From Candidatus Micrarchaeota archaeon (GTDB lineage Archaea; Micrarchaeota; Micrarchaeia; Norongarragalinales; Norongarragalinaceae): a DNA stretch of 64,000 nt. Position 1 is the first letter of the stretch. Each line of letters begins with the position of its first letter. Made by a program: the position numbers and the translations under genes. This document shows, piece by piece, positions 1-9,812 of this stretch. The stretch is from contig JBDRBT010000015.1 of NCBI GenBank assembly GCA_043822385.1, forward strand, positions 749 to 64,748. Direction: 5' to 3'. The notes beneath the pieces were generated by a model. That model did no database searches, had not been told where the DNA came from, and saw only the letters and a program-made list of their open reading frames with translations.

Positions 1-1663
1 TGTTTCCTTCAATGAACGCGCCAGTTATTTGACTTGGCGCTGCGCTTTCTTCTGGTTCAGTGGTTGCTGTTGCTTGAACCATAGGCTTTGCGCCAGCGAT
101 TAATTCAATGTTTTGAGTTGTTTCAACGTCCTTGCTTGTAGCTTTCAATACTAAGTTAGTTGTTTTTCCGTTTAGTTCTTTTGAAGGAGTTACTTCGAGA
201 ATCACTTTCTTTATGCTTCCTGCTGGGATAGTAATGAATTCTTGTTTGAATGAAGCCCAGTTAGCGCCTTGAACGCTTAAGGAATAAGTGTTTTCTACTA
301 AACCACTATTTTTGATTGTTATTTCTAATTCAGTGGTTTCTCCAGGTAAGGCGTATTCTTTCTTGGTTTTTATTTCAGCTGAATAGCATTCTTCGCGTGG
401 TTTTACTGTTAATTCTTGACCTAACAAGTCCCCACTCTTGCCGTTTACTGAATTTATTTTAAAGATTAACGTGTAATCGCCTGGTTGAGCGTTGCAGTCG
501 AATACTGAGTAACTCAAGGTTTTTTTCGTTCCTCCTTTTAGTTCAAAAGGAGTGACGTCGAAAGTTGGTTTAACCCAATCTGGTCCTTCATGGTAATTAA
601 CATAAAACGAGTCTTCATGAGAGCCGGTATTTATTGCGTCTATAGTGAATCCTTTTTCTTGGCATTGGCAAACAAAATCGCTTTTTCCAGATAAGGTTAC
701 TTCAAAACAATTTTTGTAATTGATTTCTTTTTCTTCCTCGAAAACGAAATCGTTGTTTTTTAATTGAATTTTGAATGAATATTTTTCTGGTTTTAAGCCG
801 CTTGATACTGCTAGATTAACTTGCTTGGTTTCGCCTTCGCTTAAAGCGAGTGTTGCTGGCATTATTTTACCGAAAGGTAATCCAGTTAAACTGAGTGTGT
901 AAGTGCCTGCTTTACCTGCGTTAGTAATCACAACTGGATAGTTGGTTTCGGTTTCAGTGCAGGTTTGTTTTTCAGATTGTATTTCAATTAAAGCATTAGT
1001 GCAGGATTTAATGTTTATTGAAGGGTTTATTGTAGTTGAATCTTCTGTTTCTTCACCTGTTTGAACGTATAGCGCTGTTGCTTTTATTCTGAACGCGTTT
1101 TCTCCGAGTTTGTATTTCTTGGAATCAATTTGAATTGAAATAGTTTTTTCTTCGCCTGCTTTCAATTTTATTTCGCTAGGCAATCCCGGAAGGCTTGATT
1201 CGATTTTGTAAGTGTTTTCTGAAGTCAAGGCGTTATTTTTGAAGATTATTGGCAAGTCTTTTTTTTCGCCCAAGCAAACGTCTTGTTCGCTGGCAGTGAT
1301 TGAAATGCATTCTTTTACTTTTAAGTTAATGGTTGTTTTTTTCGAGTCAGTACTGGATTTTCCAGTTATTTGAATGGTGTATGACCCTGTTTTACTGAAG
1401 CAGCTTGGTGAAATGTAAGCAAAAGCTTGTTCTTCTTTTCCTGGTTGAATGCTTAGTTTTTTAGGTAGTATTGAAACGAATTCTGGCCCGTTAACGCTTA
1501 ATTCAACAGAATCTGTTTGCGTTCCAGTATTTTTTACGTTTAATGCGATGGGAATCGTGTCCCACAAGCACATTTCTACTTCTGTTTTTTCAGAGGTTAA
1601 TGAAATTGGGCTTGCAGCTATTAACGTTAATAGTAAAGCGAAGAAAAGAACTTGTTTTAACAA
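1..1663 (-). CDS. Secreted multi-repeat surface protein (Ig/CARDB-like beta-domain repeats), C-terminus beyond left window edge
   Basis: Hand translation of the minus strand is open from a TTG at 1663 to base 1, so it is absent from the ORF track. N-terminus LKQVLFFALLLTLIAASP looks like a signal peptide. Repeated ~90-aa modules carry recurring NTG/NAG..Y.L motifs and paired Cys. Confidence 0.6.
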   Translation of the reverse strand, partial: MLKQVLFFALLLTLIAASPISLTSEKTEVEMCLWDTIPIALNVKNTGTQTDSVELSVNGPEFVSILPKKLSIQPGKEEQAFAYISPSCFSKTGSYTIQITGKSSTDSKKTTINLKVKECISITASEQDVCLGEKKDLPIIFKNNALTSENTYKIESSLPGLPSEIKLKAGEEKTISIQIDSKKYKLGENAFRIKATALYVQTGEETEDSTTINPSINIKSCTNALIEIQSEKQTCTETETNYPVVITNAGKAGTYTLSLTGLPFGKIMPATLALSEGETKQVNLAVSSGLKPEKYSFKIQLKNNDFVFEEEKEINYKNCFEVTLSGKSDFVCQCQEKGFTIDAINTGSHEDSFYVNYHEGPDWVKPTFDVTPFELKGGTKKTLSYSVFDCNAQPGDYTLIFKINSVNGKSGDLLGQELTVKPREECYSAEIKTKKEYALPGETTELEITIKNSGLVENTYSLSVQGANWASFKQEFITIPAGSIKKVILEVTPSKELNGKTTNLVLKATSKDVETTQNIELIAGAKPMVQATATTEPEESAAPSQITGAFIEGN

Positions 1664-1694
1664 AAAATCACCATGTTACTACTTAGTAGTAACA

Positions 1695-2921
1695 CTATGC
1701 TATGTGGAGTATATAAGCGTTTACGTATGCACCGATGAGTGTTATTGCTAGCATGATTCCTGCGGTCTTCCATATGTAAGCCCTGTTTTTTTTCAAAGTT
1801 AATAACGCAATGCCAGTTCTAGCCGCGAGCGAACCTATTAACGCAAGAAAAACGTCTGTAGCAAGCATTTGATTAGTTATTTGTCCTGCTTGGTTTGAAT
1901 ACAGTAATGAAGCGATGACTGCTGTTGCACCGAGTAGTCCCCCTATGAAGGAAGTTATTGAAACTAATTCTGGGCTGTTAGTTGCAGTCCAAGTTATTAC
2001 TAGATTGACTATGATTAAGAGCGTGGCGAATTCAGCTATGAATCTAAGGCTTAAAGGGTGTTTGTGTTTTGTTAGTGTTCGTTGTATTTTTTTTACATAC
2101 TTGTAACTGAATATTGAAGCAACTAATGCCGCTATAATAAAACTTATTAGTATTGGCGTGAGTGTAATGAATGCGTTTGGAGCTATTAGTAACACTAGTA
2201 TTGCGTCTGCAGTTATGGCGCCTACGCTTGCTATTGCTAGAACAAAACTAGTTATTCTCGCATCCTTCATTTTTTCAGAGAAGACTGCTAGCGTGGCTTG
2301 AGAAGAAATTACGCCTCCTATTAATGCGGCGTAAGCAATTGCTTTCCTGCCAAAGTATTTCAAAAGCACGTGTGCTACAAAACTAATTGCGGTTATTGCT
2401 ACTACTATTGCCCACGCAAACTTGACGCTTATTTGCTGTCCTAAGAGTAAATAAGGTTCTTCAGGCAGCAAGGGATAAATAATGAACGTAATTATTGCGA
2501 ATATAAGCAAGTCGGTTATTTCTTGTTTGGATACCGTGTCTACAATGTGGTGTAACTCTTTTTTTTCTACTAACAAGTAAACTGTAGCTATGCACGCGAA
2601 TCCTGCCTCTACAAGCAAGCCTTTAGCCACCATTAGCCCGAAAACAAACGTCAAAGGGAGCATTATGGTGGTGGTTATTCCAGCTCGAGTTGCTTTTTTT
2701 GTTTTAAAGTAATAATACGCTAAAGCAGTACCGCTTATTCCAATGAAAGCAATTAATTGAAGCCAGTTTTCTTGAATTACGCTGGCTGAAAGAAAACCAA
2801 TAAAACTCGTGAGTGCAAAGCTGCGTAAACCTAGTTCTTGGTTGTGTTTACCTCGTTCTAAACCTATTAATCCACCTATTGCGAGGCTTAGTATCGCTTG
2901 AGATAAAAACTCGTACGCCAT
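1695..2921 (-). CDS. MgtC/SapB-like N-terminal domain plus DUF4010-like polytopic membrane protein
   Basis: 408-aa ORF. N-terminal GGLIGLERG motif typical of the MgtC family; many TM helices throughout. Confidence 0.5.
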   Translation of the reverse strand: MAYEFLSQAILSLAIGGLIGLERGKHNQELGLRSFALTSFIGFLSASVIQENWLQLIAFIGISGTALAYYYFKTKKATRAGITTTIMLPLTFVFGLMVAKGLLVEAGFACIATVYLLVEKKELHHIVDTVSKQEITDLLIFAIITFIIYPLLPEEPYLLLGQQISVKFAWAIVVAITAISFVAHVLLKYFGRKAIAYAALIGGVISSQATLAVFSEKMKDARITSFVLAIASVGAITADAILVLLIAPNAFITLTPILISFIIAALVASIFSYKYVKKIQRTLTKHKHPLSLRFIAEFATLLIIVNLVITWTATNSPELVSITSFIGGLLGATAVIASLLYSNQAGQITNQMLATDVFLALIGSLAARTGIALLTLKKNRAYIWKTAGIMLAITLIGAYVNAYILHIA

Positions 2922-3689
2922 TTATTTTAATCTCTTTTTACCTTCTTTGTGAACCGCGTCAGCGATTTTCTTTATTTTATCCGTGTTTTCTACTTCCTCG
3001 AACGCGTTTCCAACGTGAATTCCGTCTGCACCGTATTTTATTGAATCCGCAGCTGCTTCTGGAGTGCGTATTCCACCTGCATTAAAGTGATACATGCTTC
3101 CTTTTTGTTCAGAAATTGCTTTAATCATTTTATTCGGCGTTGGTTGCGGTGCGCCGCTTCCTGCGTCAGTAATGAATACGGTAGATCCCGTGTATTTAGC
3201 TGCTAGCGTGCAAGCAGCTGCTAAATCGCTTCTTTCTCTCGGCACTAAATTAGAATTGCCAATCCAACCAACTGCGCGGCCTGGTTCTATAATCAAGTAC
3301 GTTGTTGGAATGGGTTCAATGCCCATTCTTTTTACTACTGGCGCTGCTTGAATTTGTGCTGTTGACAACCAGTACACATCGCGAGAATTAAGCATGTGCA
3401 TGAAGTAAACCGCGTCAGCTTCCTTGCTTAACCCAGCTGGACTGCCGGGGTATAAAACTACTGGCAAGTTAGATGCTTCCTTAATCATTTTTATTGTTTC
3501 ATCCAGCAAGCTTCCTTGGGCTCCAATGCTTCCGCCTACTAGTATGACGTCTGCACCGTTTTCGCAAGATTGCTTTGCTACTTTAGCTCCTTTCTCGAGA
3601 GACATTTTGTCCGGGTCTATTAACGAGAATAGCATTGCGCCTTGTGTTTCTAATTTTTCTTGATAGTATTTCATTATTTTCATTGTCAA
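2922..3689 (-). CDS. Geranylgeranylglyceryl phosphate synthase (PcrB/GGGPS family)
   Basis: 255 aa. FSLIDPDK, VILVGGS and HVGNAFEE-type TIM-barrel motifs of archaeal GGGPS. Confidence 0.75.
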   Translation of the reverse strand: MTMKIMKYYQEKLETQGAMLFSLIDPDKMSLEKGAKVAKQSCENGADVILVGGSIGAQGSLLDETIKMIKEASNLPVVLYPGSPAGLSKEADAVYFMHMLNSRDVYWLSTAQIQAAPVVKRMGIEPIPTTYLIIEPGRAVGWIGNSNLVPRERSDLAAACTLAAKYTGSTVFITDAGSGAPQPTPNKMIKAISEQKGSMYHFNAGGIRTPEAAADSIKYGADGIHVGNAFEEVENTDKIKKIADAVHKEGKKRLK

Positions 3690-3762
3690 TCACCGTGAAA
3701 AGCGTTAAGTATTATTAGTTATAATTTAGTTAACGTCTCTTTTAAACTCGTAGTGATTTGTT

Positions 3763-4881
3763 TTGAGTATAAAAAATTTGTTGTTGAGTGCTTTTTCGCC
3801 CGAAGAACTAGTTTCAGCTATAACCGCTAAAAAAGAGGAGTATTCCGGCTTGTTGAATGACGAGGGCGCGATGAAAATACTCGCTAGGGAAAAAAACGTG
3901 AGTATTCCTGAAGAAGCGGTTTCTTTTTCTAATTTAGCTAGTGCTAAACTTGGTGAAGCTATTAACGTAGTGCTTTCTTTCGACAAGATTTATGCTGAAA
4001 AAGCGTTTGAAACTAACGGAAGGAAGGGAAGGGTTTGCAATGTGGATGTTTCTAGTGACGGAGCTAACGCTAAACTAGTATTATGGAACCAGGATGTTTC
4101 TTTCTTAAAGAAAAAAGGCGTTGAAAAGAATTGCGTAGTTAACGCTAAACGCTTGTTAGTAAAGTCGCTTGAGCCTTTTGAGCTTCATTCTGCGTTGTCT
4201 ACGGAAATGCAATTGGTTTCGCCCGGAAAAACTGAGTTAGTAAAGCTTTCTGAAGTTACTGACGGCGAGGTTTCAGTTGTTTGCAAAGTAATGGATAAAA
4301 GTAGTTTAAGAGAATTTGAAAGAAACGGCAGGAAATCTTGTGTGTTGAATGTTGCGGTTTCAGATGATTCTGGTTCTAGTGTTTTAGTTTGTTGGGGAGA
4401 TAATGCAGTCAAGGCAAATGGTTTTCATTTAGGTCAAGTAATTAAAGTTGAGGATGCCTTAGTTAGAAATAATGAGTTGCATTGCGGTTGGAGTACGAAT
4501 CTTATTCCTGATTATGAAGCGATTATTAGCACTAAAACAACTAAATTGTTTGAAGTAGAGCCTGGTTTTAAGGGAATTATTGAAGCTGGCGTGAGAAGCG
4601 TTAACGAGCCAAAGCTTATCGAAAAAAACGGACAAAATTTGTTGTTAGTTAGTGTTTTGCTTAGTGATGATAAAGTTCGTTTGCCGTGCGTATTTTTTAA
4701 TGAACAAGCTAGAAAGTTTTTAGGTTTGAAAGAGTCTCTAGTTGACTTAAAGGCGTTGTTTGATTTCAGGAAAGAAGCTTTACTTGAAAAAAAGATTTTG
4801 TTTCACGCTACTGCTAAAACAAATTCGTTTTCAGGTGAAACAGAATTAGTTTGTAATAGTTTCATTGATTTTTCTAGCTAG
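3763..4881 (+). CDS. Replication protein A-like ssDNA-binding protein (multiple OB folds)
   Basis: TTG start. N-terminal LLNDEGAMKILAREKNV motif of archaeal RPA. Repeated OB signatures: GRVCNVDVSSDGANAKLVLWNQD, CVLNVAVSDDSGSSVLVCWGDNA. Confidence 0.6.
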   Translation: MSIKNLLLSAFSPEELVSAITAKKEEYSGLLNDEGAMKILAREKNVSIPEEAVSFSNLASAKLGEAINVVLSFDKIYAEKAFETNGRKGRVCNVDVSSDGANAKLVLWNQDVSFLKKKGVEKNCVVNAKRLLVKSLEPFELHSALSTEMQLVSPGKTELVKLSEVTDGEVSVVCKVMDKSSLREFERNGRKSCVLNVAVSDDSGSSVLVCWGDNAVKANGFHLGQVIKVEDALVRNNELHCGWSTNLIPDYEAIISTKTTKLFEVEPGFKGIIEAGVRSVNEPKLIEKNGQNLLLVSVLLSDDKVRLPCVFFNEQARKFLGLKESLVDLKALFDFRKEALLEKKILFHATAKTNSFSGETELVCNSFIDFSS

Positions 4882-5409
4882 TTCTATTAATTTTTCTTTT
4901 AATTCTTCCAGAGAACCTTTGTTTTTTATTACGTATTGAGCTTGATCCATGCAGTCCTGCATGCTTTCCTCGTTATCTTCTTTTCCGTGTAATTCTATTT
5001 TTTCTGTTTCAACAAATTCCTCGAAAGATACTTTATCTTTACCGCGCTTCAAGTTGTTTTCAAAACGATCCATTATTTGTGCTTCAATTAGTATTCCCAC
5101 AAAGTTTTTTCCGTAAGTTTTCTTGAATAATTCTAATTCAGCTGGATGGCGAATGCTTTCTACTACTGCTATTGGCTTGTTTTTGCTGTTTATTTCTTTA
5201 ATTGCTCTTTGTGCTAAAACGTCGTTACCGAATTCTTTGCGTAAAGCATTTCCTTTAACTATAGCTTTTTTCCTGCTGTATGCGCCTTCTAGCTCTTCAA
5301 TAATGTATTTGCTTAATCCTATTGGTTTTGTATCGAATTCGTCCGCAATTATTTTAGCTGCAGTACTTTTTCCAGCTCCGTTCAATCCTAAGATGCCAAT
5401 TACTTTCAC
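4846..5409 (-). CDS. P-loop nucleotide kinase (UPF0200/dephospho-CoA-kinase-like)
   Basis: 187 aa. Walker A GLNGAGKST at the N-terminus; size and layout of small archaeal NMP-kinase-like proteins. Confidence 0.5.
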   Translation of the reverse strand: MKVIGILGLNGAGKSTAAKIIADEFDTKPIGLSKYIIEELEGAYSRKKAIVKGNALRKEFGNDVLAQRAIKEINSKNKPIAVVESIRHPAELELFKKTYGKNFVGILIEAQIMDRFENNLKRGKDKVSFEEFVETEKIELHGKEDNEESMQDCMDQAQYVIKNKGSLEELKEKLIELARKINETITN

Positions 5410-5508
5410 GTGTATATCACTCCTTTTTCGTTTTAATTGTTTGTTTTTCGTTTTATTTAAGTTGTTTTTTAAACTCTTTCTCTAAAAACTAATTATAGGT
5501 GGTTTTGA

Positions 5509-5793
5509 ATGAGTGGGCCAATAGAGTCTTTACAACTGCGTTTTCCTTACAATCTTGACGCCAGGCTTGATGTTAGCGTGTGGGCTGGTAGAGAACAAGA
5601 TGGTAAGGCTTTACCTTCGAACATTTCTTTGCGTTTGCAGGGTTTTGAAAAAGAAACCGTTTACTTGAATCCTGAAGACGCGTTGAAATTGTCGTCTATT
5701 TTACAGCATTACGCTGTTCAAGTATTGAAGCTTGATTCAGAACGCAGGTTGGCTGCTTGGAAGGAAAGACAAGAAAAAACGGATCAAGGATAA
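5509..5793 (+). CDS. Hypothetical protein
   Basis: 94-aa ORF in an otherwise empty gap; no recognisable motif. Confidence 0.3.
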   Translation: MSGPIESLQLRFPYNLDARLDVSVWAGREQDGKALPSNISLRLQGFEKETVYLNPEDALKLSSILQHYAVQVLKLDSERRLAAWKERQEKTDQG

Positions 5794-7085
5794 GCGCGGT
5801 TTATTGTACGCGGGAAGGGCGTGGCGTCTCGAATGTGGTCTAGTCCGCAAATCCAGCGAACTAAGCGTTCAGTGCCTAAACCAAAACCAGAGTGTTGAAC
5901 GCTACCGAATCTCCTTAAGTCTAAGTACCACGCGTAAGCCTTCAAGTCAGCATTTTCTTTCTTTAATTTTTCTATTAATTTGTTTACGTCTGTTTCTCTC
6001 TCGCTTCCGCCAATTAATTCCCCAAAACCCTTGGGCGCTAGCACGTCTACTGCATTTAGTGTTTTTCCGTCTTCGTTTTCCTTCATGTAAAATGCTTTAC
6101 TTCCTTTAGGCCAGTTAGTAATCATTAACGGCTTTTCTAAGTCTTTAGTTAATGCTTCTTCTTCAGGTACCCCAAAATCTTGTCCATGTTCTAGTTTAAT
6201 GCCGTTTTTCTCTAGTTTTTTTAACGCGTCAGCGTAAGTAAGCCTCTTGAATGGAGGGTTTATTTTTTTTAATTCTTCTATATCGCGGCCGAGTATTTTT
6301 AATTCAGCGCTTCTTTCTTTAACTACCGCTTTTACTACAAAACAAACCATTTCCTCTAGAAAAGCTAGTAGTTCTTCAAAAGACTGGTGTGCTTCTTCCC
6401 CTTCAATGTGCCAGTATTCAGTCAAGTGTTTTATAGTTCTTGATTTTTCAGCCCTGAATGAAGGCGTGATTGCGTAAACTTTTTCTAAACTAAAAACAAG
6501 TGCTTCCAAGTGAAGTTGAGCACTCTGGCTCAAAAACGCTTTCTCGCCAAAATAATTGAATGAAAACAAAGTAGAGCCGCCTTCAGCTGGGGAAGCAGTA
6601 ATTATTGGGGGTGTGGTTTCCCAGTATTTTTTTTTCTCGAAGAATTCCCTGAATGCTTTCAAAACCGTTGCTTTTACTTTCATTGCTGCAGTCAGGGTTT
6701 GAGAACGAATCCATAAGTGCCTTACGTCAAGCAAGAATTCCGTGCTCTGGTCTTTAGAAATAGGAAAGACTTCACTGAAGTGCAGTACGTCGAATTCGCT
6801 TGCTTGAATTTCCCAGCCAGTTGGAGCTCGAGAGTCTTTTTTTACTGTTCCAATAATTATTACTGCTGATTCTATTAGTGCTTTAGTAGAGTCTTCAAAG
6901 TGTTTTTCTTGAACATTGTCTTTTTTTACTGCAGTTTGAATAATTCCGGTTGAATCTCTTATTACTACGAAACTTATTCCACCTGAGCTACGCGTGCGGT
7001 AAATCCATCCCCTGATTTTAACTATTTTTCCTTCTTTTTTTCCTTCAAGAATTTCGCTTATTGGAGTGGGTTTCATAACAATCAA
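5784..7085 (-). CDS. asnS: Class IIb aminoacyl-tRNA synthetase, most likely asparaginyl-tRNA synthetase (AspRS not excluded)
   Basis: 433 aa. N-terminal OB fold, motif 2 FRAEKSRTIKHLTEYWHIEGE, motif 3 GFGLGTERLVRWICGLDHIRDATPFPR, C-terminal ..RAYP. Confidence 0.65.
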   Translation of the reverse strand: MIVMKPTPISEILEGKKEGKIVKIRGWIYRTRSSGGISFVVIRDSTGIIQTAVKKDNVQEKHFEDSTKALIESAVIIIGTVKKDSRAPTGWEIQASEFDVLHFSEVFPISKDQSTEFLLDVRHLWIRSQTLTAAMKVKATVLKAFREFFEKKKYWETTPPIITASPAEGGSTLFSFNYFGEKAFLSQSAQLHLEALVFSLEKVYAITPSFRAEKSRTIKHLTEYWHIEGEEAHQSFEELLAFLEEMVCFVVKAVVKERSAELKILGRDIEELKKINPPFKRLTYADALKKLEKNGIKLEHGQDFGVPEEEALTKDLEKPLMITNWPKGSKAFYMKENEDGKTLNAVDVLAPKGFGELIGGSERETDVNKLIEKLKKENADLKAYAWYLDLRRFGSVQHSGFGLGTERLVRWICGLDHIRDATPFPRTINRAYP

Positions 7086-7103
7086 TTTACTCGCTGTCTT
7101 TTA

Positions 7104-7691
7104 TTAATTTAGCAGGATGAAGCTTATTCCTGCGGCTAGTATTCCTGCTAAAAGCATTTTAAACCCTGTTAAGAGCTTGTTTTCTTTAGATATTTTACCC
7201 AGGAAAAGGCCAAGCGCAATTAACGCTATTCCTGCAATAATGAATGAGTAATAGTACGCGGTTGTTGCTGGAAGTAGGAAGAAGGGCGTTACGATTATTA
7301 GGGATGCTATTAATGGTGATGCGCCGTCAATTATTGCAATAATTATTGTTGCGAATTCGCTTGCGCGTTCTATTTCCGTGTTACTTAATTTACGCATCAT
7401 TGCTCTTTCTAACTCAATTAGTTTCTTTTTTCTTTCAGCTGCTTCAGTAATGAATGAACCTGAAAATCCAGATAGTCCAATGGCTATTGCAGTAGCAATG
7501 CATGTTGAAGTAATTATTCTCGCGTCTGTTACTCCTGCAGCTAGTAACCCGGTTAATACCCCTATAGTTGTTAACAAGCCATCGAAGGAATTGGTCGAGA
7601 AAGCGCGCCTAGCTATTTCTCCTGCTTTAGTAATTCGCCAGTACTTGCGCCATTTTGGCGCGTTTTTCAATAAATCAGTTAAGCTAGTCAT
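7104..7691 (-). CDS. VIT1/CCC1-like (TIGR00267-type) membrane protein
   Basis: 195 aa. SFDGLLTTIGVLTG motif, central amphipathic helix, C-terminal TM helices. Overlaps the DUF211 gene, a pairing seen in other archaea. Confidence 0.45.
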   Translation of the reverse strand: MTSLTDLLKNAPKWRKYWRITKAGEIARRAFSTNSFDGLLTTIGVLTGLLAAGVTDARIITSTCIATAIAIGLSGFSGSFITEAAERKKKLIELERAMMRKLSNTEIERASEFATIIIAIIDGASPLIASLIIVTPFFLLPATTAYYYSFIIAGIALIALGLFLGKISKENKLLTGFKMLLAGILAAGISFILLN

Positions 7692-7972
7692 ATGTCTTCT
7701 AGAATGTGTTTACCGTAACAAACTCGGTCAATGCTTTGAACACTAGCTCCATCGCTTTCAATCTTCTTTTTTATTATGGAGTAATCTAATTGTTCTCCTT
7801 CAATAATTATTTTTACTTTTTCCACGCGTCGGTCTACGTCTTTTACTATGGTGTCCACGCCTTGAACGTTTTTTAGTTTACCGAGTTCGGCAGTCATGTC
7901 TATTAACGAAACGTCGTTTGGTTTCAGTACGTCTAAAACTAGTTTTTTTACTCCCGTCATTTTTTTTAACAC
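7688..7972 (-). CDS. DUF211 family protein
   Basis: 94 aa. KKLVLDVLKPN...VEKVKIIIEGEQLDY...IESDGASVQSIDRV matches the archaeal DUF211 pattern. Confidence 0.6.
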   Translation of the reverse strand: MLKKMTGVKKLVLDVLKPNDVSLIDMTAELGKLKNVQGVDTIVKDVDRRVEKVKIIIEGEQLDYSIIKKKIESDGASVQSIDRVCYGKHILEDI

Positions 7973-8032
7973 CTTGAGAAGAAATTAAGCCAATTGTCTT
8001 TAAAACCGTTGTTGCAGTAATAATGATTTCTA

Positions 8033-8386
8033 ATGGAAATAAAACAAGCGATTGTTTTGCGCACTGACTTGCAGATGGGTAAAGGAAAACTAGCTGCTCA
8101 AGCCGCTCACGCTTCTTTAAGCGCTTACCAGGAAGCTTTGTACGCTCGCCCTGAAATTGCTGTGAAGTGGCTTGAATCTGGAATGGCTAAAATAGTTTTG
8201 AAGGTTAATAGCCAGAGGGATTTAGCTGAATTACTTAAGAAAGCTAAAGCACTGCGTTTGCCGTGTTCTTTGATTCATGATGCGGGAAGGACGCAAATTC
8301 GCGTGGGTTCGGTTACTGCTTTAGGTATTGGTCCGGCTGAAGAAAATAAGGTTAATGAAGTCACTGGAAAACTAAAGTTATTGTAA
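8033..8386 (+). CDS. pth: Peptidyl-tRNA hydrolase, archaeal type (Pth2)
   Basis: 117 aa. KQAIVLRTDLQMGKGKLAAQAAHAS and IHDAGRTQI motifs. Confidence 0.85.
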   Translation: MEIKQAIVLRTDLQMGKGKLAAQAAHASLSAYQEALYARPEIAVKWLESGMAKIVLKVNSQRDLAELLKKAKALRLPCSLIHDAGRTQIRVGSVTALGIGPAEENKVNEVTGKLKLL

Positions 8387-8755
8387 AACGTCTTGCAGCG
8401 TTAAACCTGTGTCGTACTCGTTTTTGTTTAATGCATAGCCTTTCTCGTTTTCTTTTAGAAACGCTAGAGGAAAGAAGCGCCACTCGCGTCGTGGTTGGCG
8501 CCAAGCAATTAATACTTGCATGCCTGTAGTGCGTTCCCATTCCTTCATTATCAAGACTTTTTCTTTACGCAAGCTCAAAGAGTTTTTCCATGCTTTGCAT
8601 TCAAAAGCAATTTTTTTAGTAGTGTGCAATGCAATCAAGTCAGGACTCACTCCATCGCAACCCGAGCCACTGGCGCGGACAACGAAAAAGCCTTTTTCTT
8701 CAAGAATTTTTTTTAGTGCTCGCTCGTTTAGGGTGCCTTTAGTTTTCCTGTTCAC
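8378..8755 (-). CDS. hjc: Holliday junction resolvase Hjc
   Basis: KGTLNERALKKILEEKGFFVVRASGSG...PDLIALH...IAFECKAW is the Hjc nuclease core. The track ORF extends to 8872; a GTG at 8755 gives the usual ~125 aa. Confidence 0.75.
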   Translation of the reverse strand: MNRKTKGTLNERALKKILEEKGFFVVRASGSGCDGVSPDLIALHTTKKIAFECKAWKNSLSLRKEKVLIMKEWERTTGMQVLIAWRQPRREWRFFPLAFLKENEKGYALNKNEYDTGLTLQDVLQ

Positions 8756-8899
8756 AATAAGCCAACGCTTTCCTTTAATAAAAAACGCTTTAAGCGTGCA
8801 TTCCGGTGTAATGTTTGTAGCGTCAGTTAGTCCGCTAGGGGAGCAACACTTGACCTGACCGACGGAAGACACGTCATTTCTGCGGAAATGAGGTGACTA

Positions 8900-9589
8900 C
8901 TAACTCGTCATCTTATCAACGGTAGCGTCGGCGAATATTTTCATTGTATCGTAAATGCGGATCTTTTTGTGTTGTGGAAGAATTAACTGAAGGTCGGTGC
9001 AAGCTAATATCACGTCTTCGACGCCTTGCTTGCCGAAGTCGTTTATAACAGACATCAACTTTTCTCTGTCTGTGTTTGTTCCGCGCTTGAGAACTAGGTG
9101 GTTTATGAGCTTCCCTATCCTAGCTTGGTCTAGTCCGTTGGGAACCGCCACGCTTATTCCTTGTTTGTCAAGAACTTTTTTGTAAAGCCCGTGCTTGACT
9201 GTTGCTTCTGTTGCAAGTAAGCCAACGCGATGAATCTGGTTTGTATGCAAAAAGCGCGATGTTTCTTCAACGATGCTGAGCACGGGGATTCCAACCGATG
9301 CCCTAATCGCGTCAATGAAAACGTGCATTGAATTGCACGGCATTACGAGGAAATCGGTGCCTGCGTGTTCAAGCTTTTTCGCTGCCTCAATCAAATAAGG
9401 CAAGTATTTTTCCTCTCCTTTGGCGTGCACTATAAAAGTTTCCTCTATGCGGTAATCTATCGGAACGTTCCAGATAAGAATGGGCGGACGAACTTTCTTG
9501 TTCTTCCTGTAGCATCCAAAAATTAGTTCTAGGTAAAACTCTGCGGTTGTCTCTGGGCCCAAGCCTCCAATTATGCCGACTGTTTTCAT
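8900..9589 (-). CDS. Aspartate/glutamate racemase family protein
   Basis: MKTVGIIGGLGPETTAEFY N-terminus and two Cys-containing half sites (MPCNS, ACTDL). Start taken at the internal Met of the 236-aa ORF. Confidence 0.75.
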   Translation of the reverse strand: MKTVGIIGGLGPETTAEFYLELIFGCYRKNKKVRPPILIWNVPIDYRIEETFIVHAKGEEKYLPYLIEAAKKLEHAGTDFLVMPCNSMHVFIDAIRASVGIPVLSIVEETSRFLHTNQIHRVGLLATEATVKHGLYKKVLDKQGISVAVPNGLDQARIGKLINHLVLKRGTNTDREKLMSVINDFGKQGVEDVILACTDLQLILPQHKKIRIYDTMKIFADATVDKMTS

Positions 9590-9644
9590 GAAGCTAAATA
9601 AAACCCTCAAACTTTATAAAAGATGATTAAATTGTGCTGATATC

Positions 9645-9812
9645 CGCATCAATCTATTTATTCGAGTTCGCGCCTCCAGAAGGAGGCTCGCAGTCAGAGC
9701 GGTTAGCGATAGCTGTAAGTAAAGTAGCGTCAGACCGTCCGACTAATTGAGGGGGCAGGGTTGGCTAGTGTAGGGGCACAGTCCCTATGGTGGTTGAGGT
9801 CTTCGTTTTTTG
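9645..9812 (+). ncRNA. Unassigned GC-rich structured intergenic region (candidate small RNA or 5' leader)
   Basis: Visibly more GC-rich than its flanks. TATA-like TTTATAAAA at 9613-9621. Perfect hairpin GCCTCC-agaa-GGAGGC at 9672-9687 and further local stems; ends in a T-run at 9805-9810. No family recognised; strand uncertain. Confidence 0.3.

Noticed and set aside
9621-9645. C/D-box sRNA-like elements (AGATGATTA ... CTGA)
   Set aside because: The C box is imperfect, the spacing to the CTGA is only ~8 nt instead of ~12, and no C'/D pair or terminal stem was found.
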